64,000 bases of DNA from Leptogorgia sarmentosa. Taxonomy: Eukaryota. The notes under the pieces were generated by a model that saw nothing but the letters and a program-made list of their open reading frames with translations, did not search any database and had not been told where the DNA came from. The first letter of the stretch is position 1. Each line of letters begins with the position of its first letter. The translations under genes and the position numbers were made by a program. This document shows positions 26,944 through 46,900 of this stretch, one piece after another. The stretch spans positions 2,542,001-2,606,000 of the forward strand of contig OZ210885.1 of the NCBI GenBank assembly GCA_964658305.1, read 5' to 3'.

Positions 26944-27880
26944 TCAGATGTGAGGTAGCACTACAGCAGTGGCATAATTTCTTCTCTCTTTAATTTTTTG
27001 CAACTCTTTCCAACGATCGCTTCCGATCTTCAAAGTTTGCACCGAGTCGAGGCATTTCTTCTTGTCGCGTCCTCCCAATACGACAATCACGTCATCTGAA
27101 ATAACTGCCGAGCAACCACGCCTATTGTGCATCAGTGGGGGTAGAGGGACGTTTTCCCCAGTCTGAGTATCATACTGGATATCGTCATTTAAAATCTTTC
27201 CATCCATATCCTTCCGGCCAATTAGGATGATCGTATTTTCCCAAGTGACTGTGGCCGGCATTTTACAAACAGACTTGGGTAGCGGTGGACATGTCTCAAA
27301 CTCATTTGTGGTGAAATCGTACACCACAACGCTATCCATTGCATCTTTACCAAGGCCTTTTTTCCTTCAACCGAAGATGAACAGTTTGTTATTCACAATC
27401 TCTGCCCCATGGTTTCTTCTTGGCTCAGGCATATTACTTCATAGATTGCATCCGATATTCTATACTCGTTATGATTAAACCCGCCAATTACGTACATTTT
27501 ATTTTAATACGACATGGAGTGATTTTCAAAACTTCCATGGTGTCAATACCTTCGTCACCGTTGTAGCCGCCTATAACGACGAGGTCGTCGTTGTGAATAC
27601 AGGATGCTGATTGTGTCCTTTGTTGTTTGCATTCCGGTTGCCATGTTGAATTTTTCGACTGTACTTAATACCTTGCCATTTTCTTCGTCACGACGACCTC
27701 CAACTATAATTATATATCTCGATCGACCTCTGGAATTCCTTCATCTCTCACTTGAGCGCCATTGTTGTTTGTATTGCCTATGGACACAAGTTGGCCCAAA
27801 ATTGTCTTCACGCCTAAAAACTGATTTCTTACCTCAGCTTCAAACCTTTCTTGGTTGGCTTTGATGGCAGCTTGAGCTAA
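26944..27880 (-). pseudogene. Kelch-repeat protein pseudogene (copy B)
   Basis: Same frameshifts and stop as copy A. Confidence 0.85.
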
Positions 27881-28712
27881 ACCTGCAGTACCTGCAGTTA
27901 ACCCCTTTACTTTTTGATTTTGGCCACTTTCTTTTTAAAAATCGTTCAGAAATCATTGAAAACACTCCAAAGGCGTTTAAAAACACTCTAAGGGCATTAG
28001 CATTGATATTTGAGGCGTTTTTCAAAAGTTGAAAAAGTGACGAACACCATGCACCAAAAAGCTAAGGTTAACGTGAAATTTCCCGTTGGGCGCATGCAGT
28101 TACGGCAGGGCGCTGTATGGTTACTAGCTATACGGACATGACGATTAGAGAAACACTTACTTAAAAAAAACAATTCTCCACTTGGCGAATTTTTTCGCGC
28201 AAACGAGAAAAACGTGAATGTGCGGTGATGTTGTTATCAGCCAATCAAGTTGGTTCTTTTTTTCTGTTTGCGCACAAAGAAATTCGCCCAGTGGAGAACA
28301 AGTTTATGCCTGCTCGCTAATGGTGTCAATGTCTCCCTTTAATTTGAAAGTAACTTGAATTGTTATTAAAATATTTATTTTGGTGTTCCGTTGAAGTATT
28401 TAGTAAAATTAAAGCAATGCAGTTTTTGAACAACATTTGTAGTAGACAAAATATTTTATTCTTTAGTGATAAATATCTATGGAGTGGAATTGTAGTTTTA
28501 CATATACACTCATTATGTGAGAAATGAATAACAAAAAGAAACTTCGATATCAGTGCTTTTAAATTACTATTCGCCGAGGATGTATTAATATTGTCCTGAA
28601 AATCCTATTTTTACTGTATGTACAATGTTATTACAGTAAACCACAATATAATATAAATATAATAGAAGGAACTATAAAGCAGGCATTAATATATAGGTTG
28701 ATGTCCACAGTT

Positions 28713-34891
<6,179 letters not shown>

Positions 34892-36201
34892 ATTGAATTT
34901 GAACTCGATGGAGACCTGGGCCACAGATTATGACTACCAGATCCAGATGAATGACTGCAGCCCAGTGATTTATATAGAGTTCACAGAATCACTGCCGCAG
35001 CCAAAAAGCGTAAGGGGCTCCGTCACTGCGCATGGCTTGTTGCGCATAGCAAGTGACTTGAGGAATTCACTCCCCCCCCCCGACAAATTTCAAAACGTCT
35101 GGTAGATCGCCAGTAGGTTAGTAAGGCAACCAGAACGCATCGAGGATGACCGCCATCACTTGACTGGTACAATTCCTAGCTGACAATTGGCATTCAGGAC
35201 ACTCAGAGAGCAGGGAGATCGGCCCCTAGACCATATGTGATAACTGGTGATAAGCACCTTGTCCTTTAGGGAAAGTAATGCCGAAGGATTTGAACCGATA
35301 ACATATGTACATGTTAGCTAGTATTGAAATGCGTTTGAAAACCTAATTTTTAAATTGCATCAATAGTTGATAAACACCAGATATTATATTATTAATAACT
35401 ACAGGAAAAGGGATTCCGCAAAAGACTGCATTATATATAATCAGGGGCCGGTTGTATCAAAGGCGTTTAGCTCAAACGGTGAATAAGTAAAAAATATCAA
35501 ACAAAATTATGAACTCTTGACTACATGCAAACTAAACTTTTCTGTACAGCTATGCATACAACTACACATTTCGTTGCCGAACCTAATGCAAATGAGCTCA
35601 AACAAAGAACTTTGCTCATTAACATAAGGTTCGGCACATGAAAAGTTCGACGTCTAAACTAGGCCTAGTGGTCCGGCTTTGCCGAAACAGGTTTTGTATG
35701 TATTTGTCTATTCATTTTTGAACCGTCCCCTAATCACCATAAAACGTGACTTAATTTGATGTGTTCTGCTTTGTTTAACTGCCACAAAACAGGAAAAACT
35801 GAAGCATTGTTTGCCCTAGCTTGAATGTAAATTTTTATCATAAAAAAGTGAACCCTTTCACATTTAATTTAGGTATATCGTATTGTAGTGTTTTGACATG
35901 GTTAATCCCTCAAGCTAGTCAAATTTATATGCGTAAATTAAAATACCCCTTACAAGTTCTTCGACACTCTGGCACACAAAATTTAATAATACTTTGAGAC
36001 TCATATATGTATATGTGCTGCAAACGACGTATTTACAATAGTTTGCTCTTCAGGTAATTAATCATGCTCAGATAGATTTACAACGCGTATTTTGACACTT
36101 GCTCAAATTTTAGTTCTAATTAATTTGAGTTTTGTCCCATGAGTATAGAAGACCTTGTGTTCTTGCCCAATTAATTCAAAGCAATTAGCCATGTAAAAAA
36201 A

Positions 36202-39200
36202 TAGGTTCGCAAAGCGCACATGTATCTGCGAATGGTGAAGCAGAACTGACGTTCCCCTAAATCTACCACTAAAGTATTGGTTTGCAAGTAACCTACTGGC
36301 GATCTACCAGACTCGTTCTGACCTTGACAAAATTATTTTGAGGCTTTTTCACTCAAAAAATTTTTTTTTCGTTTCTCCCTTTGCTATTCTTGCTTTTTAA
36401 CATTTTCACAATGTCTGGGATGTTGAAAACAACGAAGAGAACAAATTTTGACGTACGCGCATGCGCAATGCGCTTGACAAAATTATTTTCGGTTTTCTTC
36501 ACTCAAAAAAATTGTTTTCGGTTCTTCCTTGACTATCCTCGCTTTTTAACACTTTCACATATGCAATGAAATTCACCAAACGAGTCCCACAACAACCACG
36601 CCACAAGAGTGTGACGTAGTTAAATACAAATCCGGAATATAGCTTATTGGTTCTCATGCTACGACATTGCCTTTCGATAAAGGACAAGGTGCTTATCACA
36701 TATGGTCTAGGGGCCGATCTGCATCTCCCTGCTCTCTGAGTGTTCCTGAATGTCAAAGTCATGCATTTGTACCAGTCAAGATATAGCGGGCATCCCCGAT
36801 GCGTTCCGGTTGCCTTAGTAAGTCCCTACTGGCGATCTACCAGACTCGTTCTGTGCGGATGGTAGGGCACTTGACGAATTCTTTTCGGTTTTTTTCACTT
36901 AACTATCTCAACTTCCTTGACTATTCTTGCTTTTTAACGCTTTCACAATGTCTGGGATGTTGAAAACAACGAAGAGAACAAATTTTGACGTACGCGCATG
37001 CGCAGTGCGCTTGACAAAATTATTTTCGGTTTTCTTCACTCAAAAAAATTGTTTTCGGTTCTTCCTTGACTATCCTCGCTTTTTAACACTTTCACAATGT
37101 CTGGGATGTTGAAAAAACGAAGAAAACAAATTTTGACGTACGCGCATGCGCAATGAAATTCACCAAACGAGTCCCACAACAACCACGCCACAAGAGTGTG
37201 ACGTAGTTAAATACAAATCCGGAATATAGCTTATTGGTTCTCATGCTACGACATTGCCTTTCGATAAAGGACAAGGTGCTTATCACATATGGTCTAGGGG
37301 CCGATCTGCATCTCCCTGCTCTCTGAGTGTTCCTGAATGTCAAAGTCATGCATTTGTACCAGTCAAGATATAGCGGGCATCCCCGATGCGTTCCGGTTGC
37401 CTTAGTAAGTCCCTACTGGCGATCTACCAGACTCGTTCTGTGCGGATGGTAGGGCACTTGACGAATTCTTTTCGGTTTTTTTCACTTAACTATCTCAACT
37501 TCCTTGACTATTCTTGCTTTTTAATGCTTCCACAATGTCTGGGATGTTGAAAAAACGAAGAAAAGAAATTTTGACGTACGCGCATGCGCAATGAAATTCA
37601 CCAAACGAGTCCCACAACAACCACGCCACAAGAGTGTGACGTAGTTAAATACAAATCCGGAATATAGCTTATTGGTTCTCATGCTACGACATTGCCTTTC
37701 GCTAAAGGACAAGGTGCTTATCACATATGGTCTAGGGGCCGATCTGCATCTCCCTGCTCTCTGAGTGTTCCTGAATGTCAAAGTCATGCATTTGTACCAG
37801 TCAAGATATAGCGGGCATCCCCGATGCGTTCCGGTTGCCTTAGTAAGTCCCTACTGGCGATCTACCAGACTCGTTCTGTGCGGATGGTAGGGCACTTGAC
37901 GAATTCTTTTCGGTTTTTTTCACTTAACTATCTCAACTTCCTTGACTATTCTTGCTTTTTAACGCTTCCACAATGTCTGGGATGTTGAAAAAACGAAGAA
38001 AAGAAATTTTGACGTACGCGCATGCGCAATGAAATTCACCAAACGAGTCCCACAACAACCACGCCACAAGAGTGTGACGTAGTTAAATACAAATCCGGAA
38101 TATAGCTTATTGGTTCTCATGCTACGACATTGCCTTTCGCTAAAGGACAAGGTGCTTATCACATATGGTCTAGGGGCCGATCTGCATCTCCCTGCTCTCT
38201 GAGTGTTCCTGAATGTCAAAGTCATGCATTTGTACCAGTCAAGATATAGCGGGCATCCCCGATGCGTTCCGGTTGCCTTAGTAAGTCCCTACTGGCGATC
38301 TACCAGACTCGTTCTGTGCGGATGGTAGGGCACTTGACGAATTCTTTTCGGTTTTTTTCACTTAACTATCTCAACTTCCTTGACTATTCTTGCTTTTTAA
38401 CGCTTCCACAATGTCTGGGATGTTGAAAAAACGAAGAAAACAAATTTTGACGTACGCGCATGCGCAATGAAATTCACCAAACGAGTCCCACAACAACCAC
38501 GCCACAAGAGTGTGACGTAGTTAAATACAAATCCGGAATATAGCTTATTGGTTCTCATGCTACGACATTGCCTTTCGCTAAAGGACAAGGTGCTTATCAC
38601 ATATGGTCTAGGGGCCGATCTGCATCTCCCTGCTCTCTGAGTGTTCCTGAATGTCAAAGTCATGCATTTGTACCAGTCAAGATATAGCGGGCATCCCCGA
38701 TGCGTTCCGGTTGCCTTAGTAAGTCCCTACTGGCGATCTACCAGACTCGTTCTGTGCGGATGGTAGGGCACTTGACGAATTCTTTTCGGTTTTTTTCACT
38801 TAACTATCTCAACTTCCTTGACTATTCTTGCTTTTTAACGCTTTCACAATGTCTGGGATGTTGAAAACAACGAAGAGAACAAATTTTGACGTACGCGCAT
38901 GCGCAGTGCGCTTGACAAAATTATTTTCGGTTTTCTTCACTCAAAAAAATTGTTTTCGGTTCTTCCTTGACTATCCTTGCTTTTTAACACTTTCACAATG
39001 TCTGGGATGTTGAGAAAACGAAGAAAACAAATTTTGACGTACGCGCATGCGCAATGAAATTCACCAAACGAAATTCACCCTGATTTAACCTGCGAACAGG
39101 CTACTTCAACAGAATGTATCCAGTTTTTATATAGCGTGCTGTGACAAAACCGTTCATGGGTCGGCCATCTGGACAGTGTGCTCTGTACGCATTTTCAATT

Positions 39201-39494
39201 TACAAATCGAAACGCCGATAAAACAGCACGCTGCCGTTTCAAATCCTTTGTTAAATTACAACTGCACATTGACACGGACCTGCAAAGTCAAGATTGTTTG
39301 CTTAAACCGTCGTACTTAAACACTGCACTTCACATTTTCGCAAAAATCCGATCGAACATCGCCTTCACTCCTCGAACGCCGCCATCTTGCATTACGTAAT
39401 TATAAGCAAAAGCTCGTCGCTGATTGGCTAGAAGCTAACAGCTAACAGCTAACAGCTAACAGGGTCATAGCATAGTATCTGCGTTCGCAGATAC
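36202..39494 (-). mobile_element. Helentron-associated non-autonomous element (HINE/DINE-like) with central tandem array
   Basis: Interrupts the A-run of the ~950-bp repeat (agccatgtaaaaaaa|ctacaacacg) with no TSD. Minus-strand 5' end is the hairpin GTATCTGCGAACGCAGATAC followed by a (tgttagc)n microsatellite; 3' subTIR TTCGCAGATAC plus stem-loop GTGCGCTTTGCGAAC, then CTA|TTTT. Confidence 0.8.
36292..39070. repeat. 438-bp tandem array (~5 near-identical units plus 149-bp sub-repeats)
   Basis: Anchor cctactggcgatc at ~36292, 36826, 37412, 37850, 38288, 38726. Confidence 0.95.
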
Positions 39495-42400
39495 AAAAAC
39501 TACAACACGTTGCAACTAATTTGAATTTGAAAGGGCTCTTTTTTAATACACTTTGTTCAGGGTGTCCCAAAAATTATTTATATACCGCAACTAGTATATG
39601 AAATGATCTATCTAAGCTGAATGTGTGCTTTACAAAGATATTTTTATTTTTGAATAAAACAATACTTAATTTATGCACCTGTCAATATTTATTTTGCGCT
39701 CTTTACATTAAATGGTCTAGCTTTGCCGAAACGGGTATTATTGTATTTGTCTATTCATTTTTGAACCGTCCTCTAATCACCATAAACGTGACTTAAATTG
39801 ATGTGTTCTGCTTTGTTTAACTGCCACAAAACAGGAAAAACTGAAGCATTGTTTGCCCTAGCTTGAATGTAAATACTTTTTTTGCCACTTAATTATACTG
39901 AGGTGAAATGCGATTACTGGTAATATCATTTCATTCACAAAAGTACAGCGTCTCCAAAAAAGGCTACCCTTTCAATTGCAGCACTTGTGCCGCATGCATG
40001 TTCGAATTTGAATGTTTTTAACTCCCTCATGAGCGCAAGAATGATTAAAACGCCAGAGCACAGAATTTTAATATGCTTGTATTGCAAAATAATTAATTTG
40101 ATCCGCTAAAATAACAAAATATAGAGGGTGTATAAAAAAGTGAGCCCTTTCACATTTAAATTAGGTATCGTATTGTATGTAGTGTTTTGACATGGTTAAT
40201 CCCTCAAGGTCGTCAAATTTATATGCGTAATTAAAATACACCTTACAAGTTCTAACTACACTCTGGCACACAAAATTTAATAATACCTTGAGACTCATAT
40301 GTACAAGGTGCTGCAAACGTATTTACAACAATTTGCTCTTCATGGATTTACAACGTATTTTGACACTTGCTTTAAATTTTAGTTCTAATTAATTTGAGTT
40401 TTGTCCCATGAGTATAGAAGACCTTGTGTTCTTGCCCAATTAATTCAAAGCAATTAGCCATGTCAAAAAACTACAACACGTTGCAACTAATTTGAATTTG
40501 AAAGGGCTCTTTTTTAATACACTTTGTTCAGGGTGTCCCAAAAATCATTTATATACCGCAACTAGTATATGAAATGATCTATCTAAGCTGAATGTGTGCT
40601 TTACAAAGATATTTTTATTTTTGAATAAAACAATACTAGTACTTAATTTATGCACCTGTCAATATTTGTTTTGCGCTCTTTACATTAAATGGTCTAGCTT
40701 TGCCGAAACAGGTTTTGTATGTATTTGTCTATTCATTTTTGAACCGTCCTCTAATCACCATAAACGTGACTTAAATTGATGTGTTCTGCTTTGTTTAACT
40801 GCCACAAAACAGGAAAAACTGAAGCATTGTTTGCCCTAGCTTGAATGTAAATACTTTTTTTGCCACTTATACTGAGGTGAAATGCGATTACTGGTAATAT
40901 CATTTCATGCACAAAAGTACAGCGTCTCCAAAAAAGGCTACCCTTTCAATTGCAGCACTTGTGCCGCATGTTCGAATTTGAATGTTTTCAACTCCCTCAT
41001 GAGCGCAAGAATGATAAAAACTGCTTGCATTGTAAAATAGTTAATTTGATCCGCTAAAATAACAAAATATAGAGGGTGTATAAAAAAGTGAGCCCTTTCA
41101 CATTTAAATTAGGTATCGTATTGTATGTAGTGTTTTGACATGGTTAATCCCTCAAGGTCGTCAAGTTTATATGCGTAATTAAAATACACCTTACAAGTTC
41201 TAACTACACTCTGGCACAAAAAATTTCATAATACCTTGAGACTCATATGTACAAGGTGCTGCAAACGTATTTACAACAATTCGCTCTTCATGGATTTACA
41301 ACGTATTTTGACACTTGCTTTAAATTTTAGTTCTAATTAATTAGAGTTTTGTCCCATGAGTATGGAAGACCTTGTGTTCTTGCCCAATTAATTCAAAGCA
41401 ATTAGCCATGTAAAAAAACTACAACACGTTGCAACTAATTTGAATTTGAAAGGGCTCTTTTTTAATACACTTTGTTCAGGGTGTCCCAAAAATTATTTAT
41501 ATACCGCAACTAGTATATGAAATGATCTATCTAAGCTGAATGTGTGCTTTACAAAGATATTTTTATTTTTGAATAAAACAATACTAGTACTTAATTTATG
41601 CACCTGTCAATATTTGTTTTGCGCTCTTTACATTAAATGGTCTAGCTTTGCCGAAACAGGTTTTGTATGTATTTGTCTATTCATTTTTGAACCGTCCTCT
41701 AATCACCATAAACGTGACTTAAATTGATGTGTTCTGCTTTGTTTAACTGCCACAAAACAGGAAAAACTGAAGCATTGTTTGCCCTAGCTTGAATGTAAAT
41801 ACTTTTTTTGCCACTTATACTGAGGTGAAATGCGATTACTGGTAATATCATTTCATTCACAAAAGTACAGCGTCTCCAAAAAAGGCTACCCTTTCAATTG
41901 CAGCACTTGTGCCGCATGTTCGAATTTGAATGTTTTCAACTCCCTCATGAGCGCAAGAATGATAAAAACTGCTTGCATTGTAAAATAATTAATTTGATCC
42001 GCTAAAATAACAAAATATAGAGGGTGTATAAAAAAGTGAGCCCTTTCACATTTAAATTAGGTATCGTATTGTATGTAGTGTTTTGACATGGTTAATCCCT
42101 CAAGGTCGTCAAGTTTATATGCGTAATTAAAATACACCTTACAAGTTCTAACTACACTCTGGCACAAAAAATTTAATAATACCTTGAGACTCATATGTAC
42201 AAGGTGCTGCAAACGTATTTACAACAATTTGCTCTTCATGGATTTACTACGTATTTTGACACTTGCTTTAAATTTTAGTTCTAATTAATTTGAGTTTTGT
42301 CCCATGAGTATAGAAGACCTTGTGTTCTTGCCCAATTAATTCAAAGCAATTAGTCATGTAAAAAAACTACAACATGTTGCAACTAGTTTGAATTTGAAAG

Positions 42401-43520
42401 GGCTCTTTTTTAATACACTTTGTTCAGGGTGTCCCAAAAATTATTTATACCGCAACTAGTATATGAAATGATCTATCTAAGCTGAATGTGTGCTTTACAA
42501 AGATATTTTTATTTTTGAATAAAACAATACTTAATTTATGCACCTGTCAATATTTATTTTGCGCTCTTTACATTAAATGGTCTAGCTTTGCCGAAACGGG
42601 TATTATTGTATTTGTCTATTCATTTTTGAACCGTCCTCTAATCACCATAAAACGTGACTTAAATTGATGTGTTCTGCTTTGTTTAACTGCCACAAAACAA
42701 GAAAAACTGAAGCATTATAGTTTGCCCTTGCTTGATTGAATGTAAAACATTTTTTTGTGCCACTTATAAGGTGAAATGCGATTACTGGCAATATTATTTC
42801 ACTCACAAAAGCACAGCGTGTCCCAAAAAAGGCTACCCTTTCCATTGCAGGACTAGTGCCGCATGTTGGAATTTGAATGCTTTTTAACTCCCTAATGAGC
42901 GCAAAAATGCTTAAAACGCCAGAGCACAAAATTTTAATATGCTTTCATTGCAAAATAATTAATTTGATCCGCTAAAATAACAAAATATAGAGGGTGTATA
43001 AAAAAGTGAGCCCTTTCACATTTAAATTAGGTATCGTATTGTATGTAGTGTTTTGACATGGTTAATCCCTCAAGGTCGTCAAATTTATATGCGTAATTAA
43101 AATACACCTTACAAGTTCTAATTACATTCTGGCACACAAAATTTAATAATACCTTGAGACTCATATGTACAAGGTGCTGCAAACGTATTTACAACAATTT
43201 GCTCTTCATGGATTTACTGCGTATTTTGACACTTGCTTTAAATTTTAGTTCTAATTAATTTGGGTTTTGTTCCATGAGCATAGAAGCAATTAGCCATGTC
43301 AAAATACTACAATACATTGCAGCTAATTTTAATTTGAAAGGGCTCTGTCACTTTTTTTATGCACCATGTTCAGGATGTCCCAAAAATACCGCAACTAGTA
43401 ATGAAATGATCTATTTTGAATGTGCGTGCGCTTTACAAAGATATTTTTATTTTTGAATAAGACAATAGCTACTTAATTTATGCACCTTTCAATATTTATT
43501 TTGCAGTCTTTACATTCAGC
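39495..43520. repeat. ~950-bp tandem array (~4.3 units, plus a partial unit at 35680-36201), derived from Tc1-like MITE sequence
   Basis: Anchor aaaactacaacacgttgcaactaatttgaatttgaaaggg at ~39496, 40467, 41415, 42362, 43303; contains cagggtgtcccaaaaa / tacagcgtctccaaaaaa TIR-like motifs. Confidence 0.93.
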
Positions 43521-43871
43521 TTAGTGTTAGGCTATTATTGAGATTATATGTGACAATGGATCATTTTCAATACTCGTTGCGTTTTCATTGCGACACTCTG
43601 TGTGGAATGCATGAATATAATTGAGTACGCACACAATTGAAAAGATTTTGGGCTCATTAATGAGACCTTCAAATTCGAACATGCGCGGCACTATAGCGCT
43701 CGAATTCAAAGGTAGCCTTTTTTGCGACACTCTGTATGATTATTGGCTTTCGTTGACATTCTAATGCCCCCCGCACCTACTTAACACGCCCACTTAATTA
43801 CGCCTCTGACAAAACGTGACCGAAAAAATAATTGATCATTTTTACCTTTTGCAAAAACAAACAATGAAAGA

Positions 43872-43880
43872 ATATAAAAT
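43872..43880 (+). promoter_or_regulatory. TATA box of peroxidase gene (conserved at ~62358 in the paralog)
   Basis: atataaaat ~70 bp upstream of the ATG in both paralogs. Confidence 0.55.
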
Positions 43881-43943
43881 AGGGCAAACCCGACATAGAG
43901 TTCAAATCACTTTCGAAGCAACGCTGGAATGATCATTGTGACT

Positions 43944-46900
43944 ATGAAGTTCTCATTGCTTTTAATTTGGCTATTTTCTCTTGGATTTCTGCCCAGCAAT
44001 GAAGGTATGCTTGAAAATAATTAATGATAATAATTGTGTCCCTAAAAAAGGCTACCCTTTCAATTGCAGCACTATATGGTGCATGGTTGAATTTGAATGC
44101 TTTTTAACTCCCTAGAATGAGTGCAATGCCAGAATGCTTAAAACGGCAGAGCAGAGAATTTTATGCTTGCATTGCAATTAATTTGTTCCGGTAAAATAGC
44201 ACAGAATAAAGGGTGTATAAAAAAAGTGAACCCTTCCACAGTCAAATCTGTATAGCTATATTGGTATAACGTATTGTAGTATTTTGACATGGTTAATATC
44301 CCTCATTAAATTGACACACTAGTTGGCACAGGAAATAAATATATACCTTTAGACACGTTGAGCTGCTGAAAACGACGTACTTACAACAATTTGTTTTTCA
44401 CATAATTCCTGCCCAGATAAATTTACAACATCATAATTTGGCACTTAAATTTTATTTCTAATTTGTATTTAATTTGTTCCATGAATATGATATGGGAGAC
44501 CTTGTGTTCTTGCCCAATATTAATTAATTAGATGATAGATTAGTTTAATTATTCACTCATTTTACAGTTTGGAAATTGAAAAGAAATTTGCGAAATATAG
44601 TAAATACAAATCTGTATATTTTGATTTCTTTGTGCTAATTTATCACAGTAAAATTTCAATATCAGAGCTTGATAGATGAACTACTGTTGTTTATAGCGCG
44701 TAAATACAAATAACGCCTCCTGAGAAAAAGACCTGTAAACCCAAAACAAGGATTTTTTCGAAACTTTAACAAAGTTGGGCTAGCTTCAACGCCAGAATAG
44801 ATCGCTTTTCAAAATAACATTTTCAAATCTCATATTTCATGAATAAGCAAATTGACCCATTTCAATGAACACTTTTTTCCCAAGGACTTCGATACGTGTT
44901 ACGCAGTTACCCAGGCAAACTAAACATTACGCACGCTATGTGAAAGATTAGTGACAACCCTGCTTCAAAATCCAGATAAAGTAAATACGATTTTCGAACC
45001 TACGCAGAATGTCAAGTACTTTTCATTAGCCATGACAGAAACAGGAAACCGTTATCGCAATACTGTCAATTAAGTTCAGAAACAAAGGCGGGATATGTTC
45101 GCATGTTCAGTGCATGGTAAAAATACTTACATGTGTGTATGCTTTGTGTTTGCTTTCAATCATTTCTAGGAATATTTCGCGCGGTTGAATTATTACGTCA
45201 TCAAAACCTTAGTTGGTTTATGTGCAGATAGGTTGAACATTTTGCTATTAGATTGAATTAAGAGTTGACTTTTAAACCTCACTGGTAGAATGAGCATAAA
45301 ACTGACTTAAGGAGTGCGACAACACCCTAATCCAGGGCCGTAGCGAGGGGGGGTATTGGGGGGTGGCTAACCCCCCCAACTTTTCTAGAATTAACATATT
45401 CGGAAAATCGGGTTGGCCATTCGGAAAATTACGGAAATAAAAGTATAACGAAATCTTAATTTTTAAACAGAGAAAATATTACAGAAAGAGTCAGTATAAA
45501 CTGATTTACGAAATCATGGCATTTACATGGATAACAATTTAAAAATCGTAAATCGGTAGATCTTTTTCGGTTTGTTACCTCTGTAATATGTCTATGCGTA
45601 AGATATGCGTATTTTATTTTGATTGTTTGTATTTGGTCAATAATTGACTTAATTCTCTCAAAAAACCCTTAGAAACTTTAAATCTGGTAATTTTTATCTG
45701 TGTGGATAATTACGTAAATTGTAGCATTTAACCAGCGAAAAAGATATTACTGACAGTGTGGACATAGACATGCTAGTTGATAAATGGTTTATGAAAACTA
45801 TAACCGAAGAATAAATTTGTGACATTTGTCATGTCTGCATGGATGGCGTTTTCATTACGTGGAAACGTTAGTGAACATATACAATTGCTGCCGCAATAAA
45901 CAATAGCCATTATGGCATTGTTGTGAAACTTATTACATTTTTACTTCATCATGGGGGCAATAGGGGCATGTGCCCCCCCCCCCTTTTTAAAGTAAAAAAT
46001 TATAAAGGGCCTTTTTTCTGGGCTACAGTTTTCTGGGCCATATAAATTTGATTTTGGTCATATACAAAAGTTTCCCTTTCGTCAATGCCACAGTGCCACT
46101 ACACAATCTAAATGCTTCTGCGGCCTCTCTGATTATGATAGATTGGTATTCTGGGTGCGACTAATAAAAAACGGCTTTTATTAATATCTATATAATTTAT
46201 TGCTTCGTCCGGATAGTAAACACATTCGTGGCTTCGGTATGCCATGAAATATTCGGAAAATTTTTTTGTCATTCGGAAATTTTTGGCCTACACCCCCCCA
46301 ACTATAAATGTTTAGCTACGGCCCTGCCCTAATCAAACAGAAATGGAGAGCTGGAACGAGAGTTCACAGTACAGCACATGAACGCTGATTGGTGGATTCA
46401 ACATCATGCCAACTTGCTGCTCTGCTCACGTGAAACAAAGATTACCTCCACCATTAATATAATTTTTTAAAGCAATATTTACGAAAGAGCACAGTAAATT
46501 ATTGAATATTTTACCACGAAAAGATAAAATTCATAGCTTCAAACCGCCGCAAAATGTTCTTCTCATTACATAGTCGTAAAACCCAGTCGGCAATATTAAT
46601 TTTTGATCGATAATGAAAAATTTTTCAACGAAATACATCATATTATCCAAATTCAAAGAATACCTGGGCACCATTTTAGTGTTTTTTTATAGTATTTTCA
46701 TTTTCTCGACAAGAACAGTGTTGTTTTTTCATTGCACAGAGACAAAAATTGGGTCTCTTAGACGAATTCGCCATTTTGAAAACAAATGTTTAGCGGGAAA
46801 TGATCACGTGATCGATATCTTCACTATATGCGAAGATATGGAAAATATCTCACTGTGTATTTTTCGATGTCTCACTGTCTACTATATTATAAAATAGTTT

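Noticed and set aside
34893..35105. 70-aa ORF divergent from KRR1, also at 57103-57315
   Set aside because: TTG start, overlaps the KRR1 5'UTR/promoter, no recognisable motif; the conservation is explained by recent duplication.
36499..38663. Five repeated 85-88 aa ORFs (MTLTFRNTQRAG...) as a peptide gene array
   Set aside because: Identity simply reflects the 438-bp repeat; the diverged monomers at 35.1 and 57.3 kb have indels that break the frame.
36560..38800. 438-bp unit as retrozyme, snRNA, 7SK, 7SL or RNase P/MRP gene
   Set aside because: No CUGANGA hammerhead core was seen on either strand; only short chance matches (GATCGCCAG, GGTTGCCT) without the rest of those RNAs.
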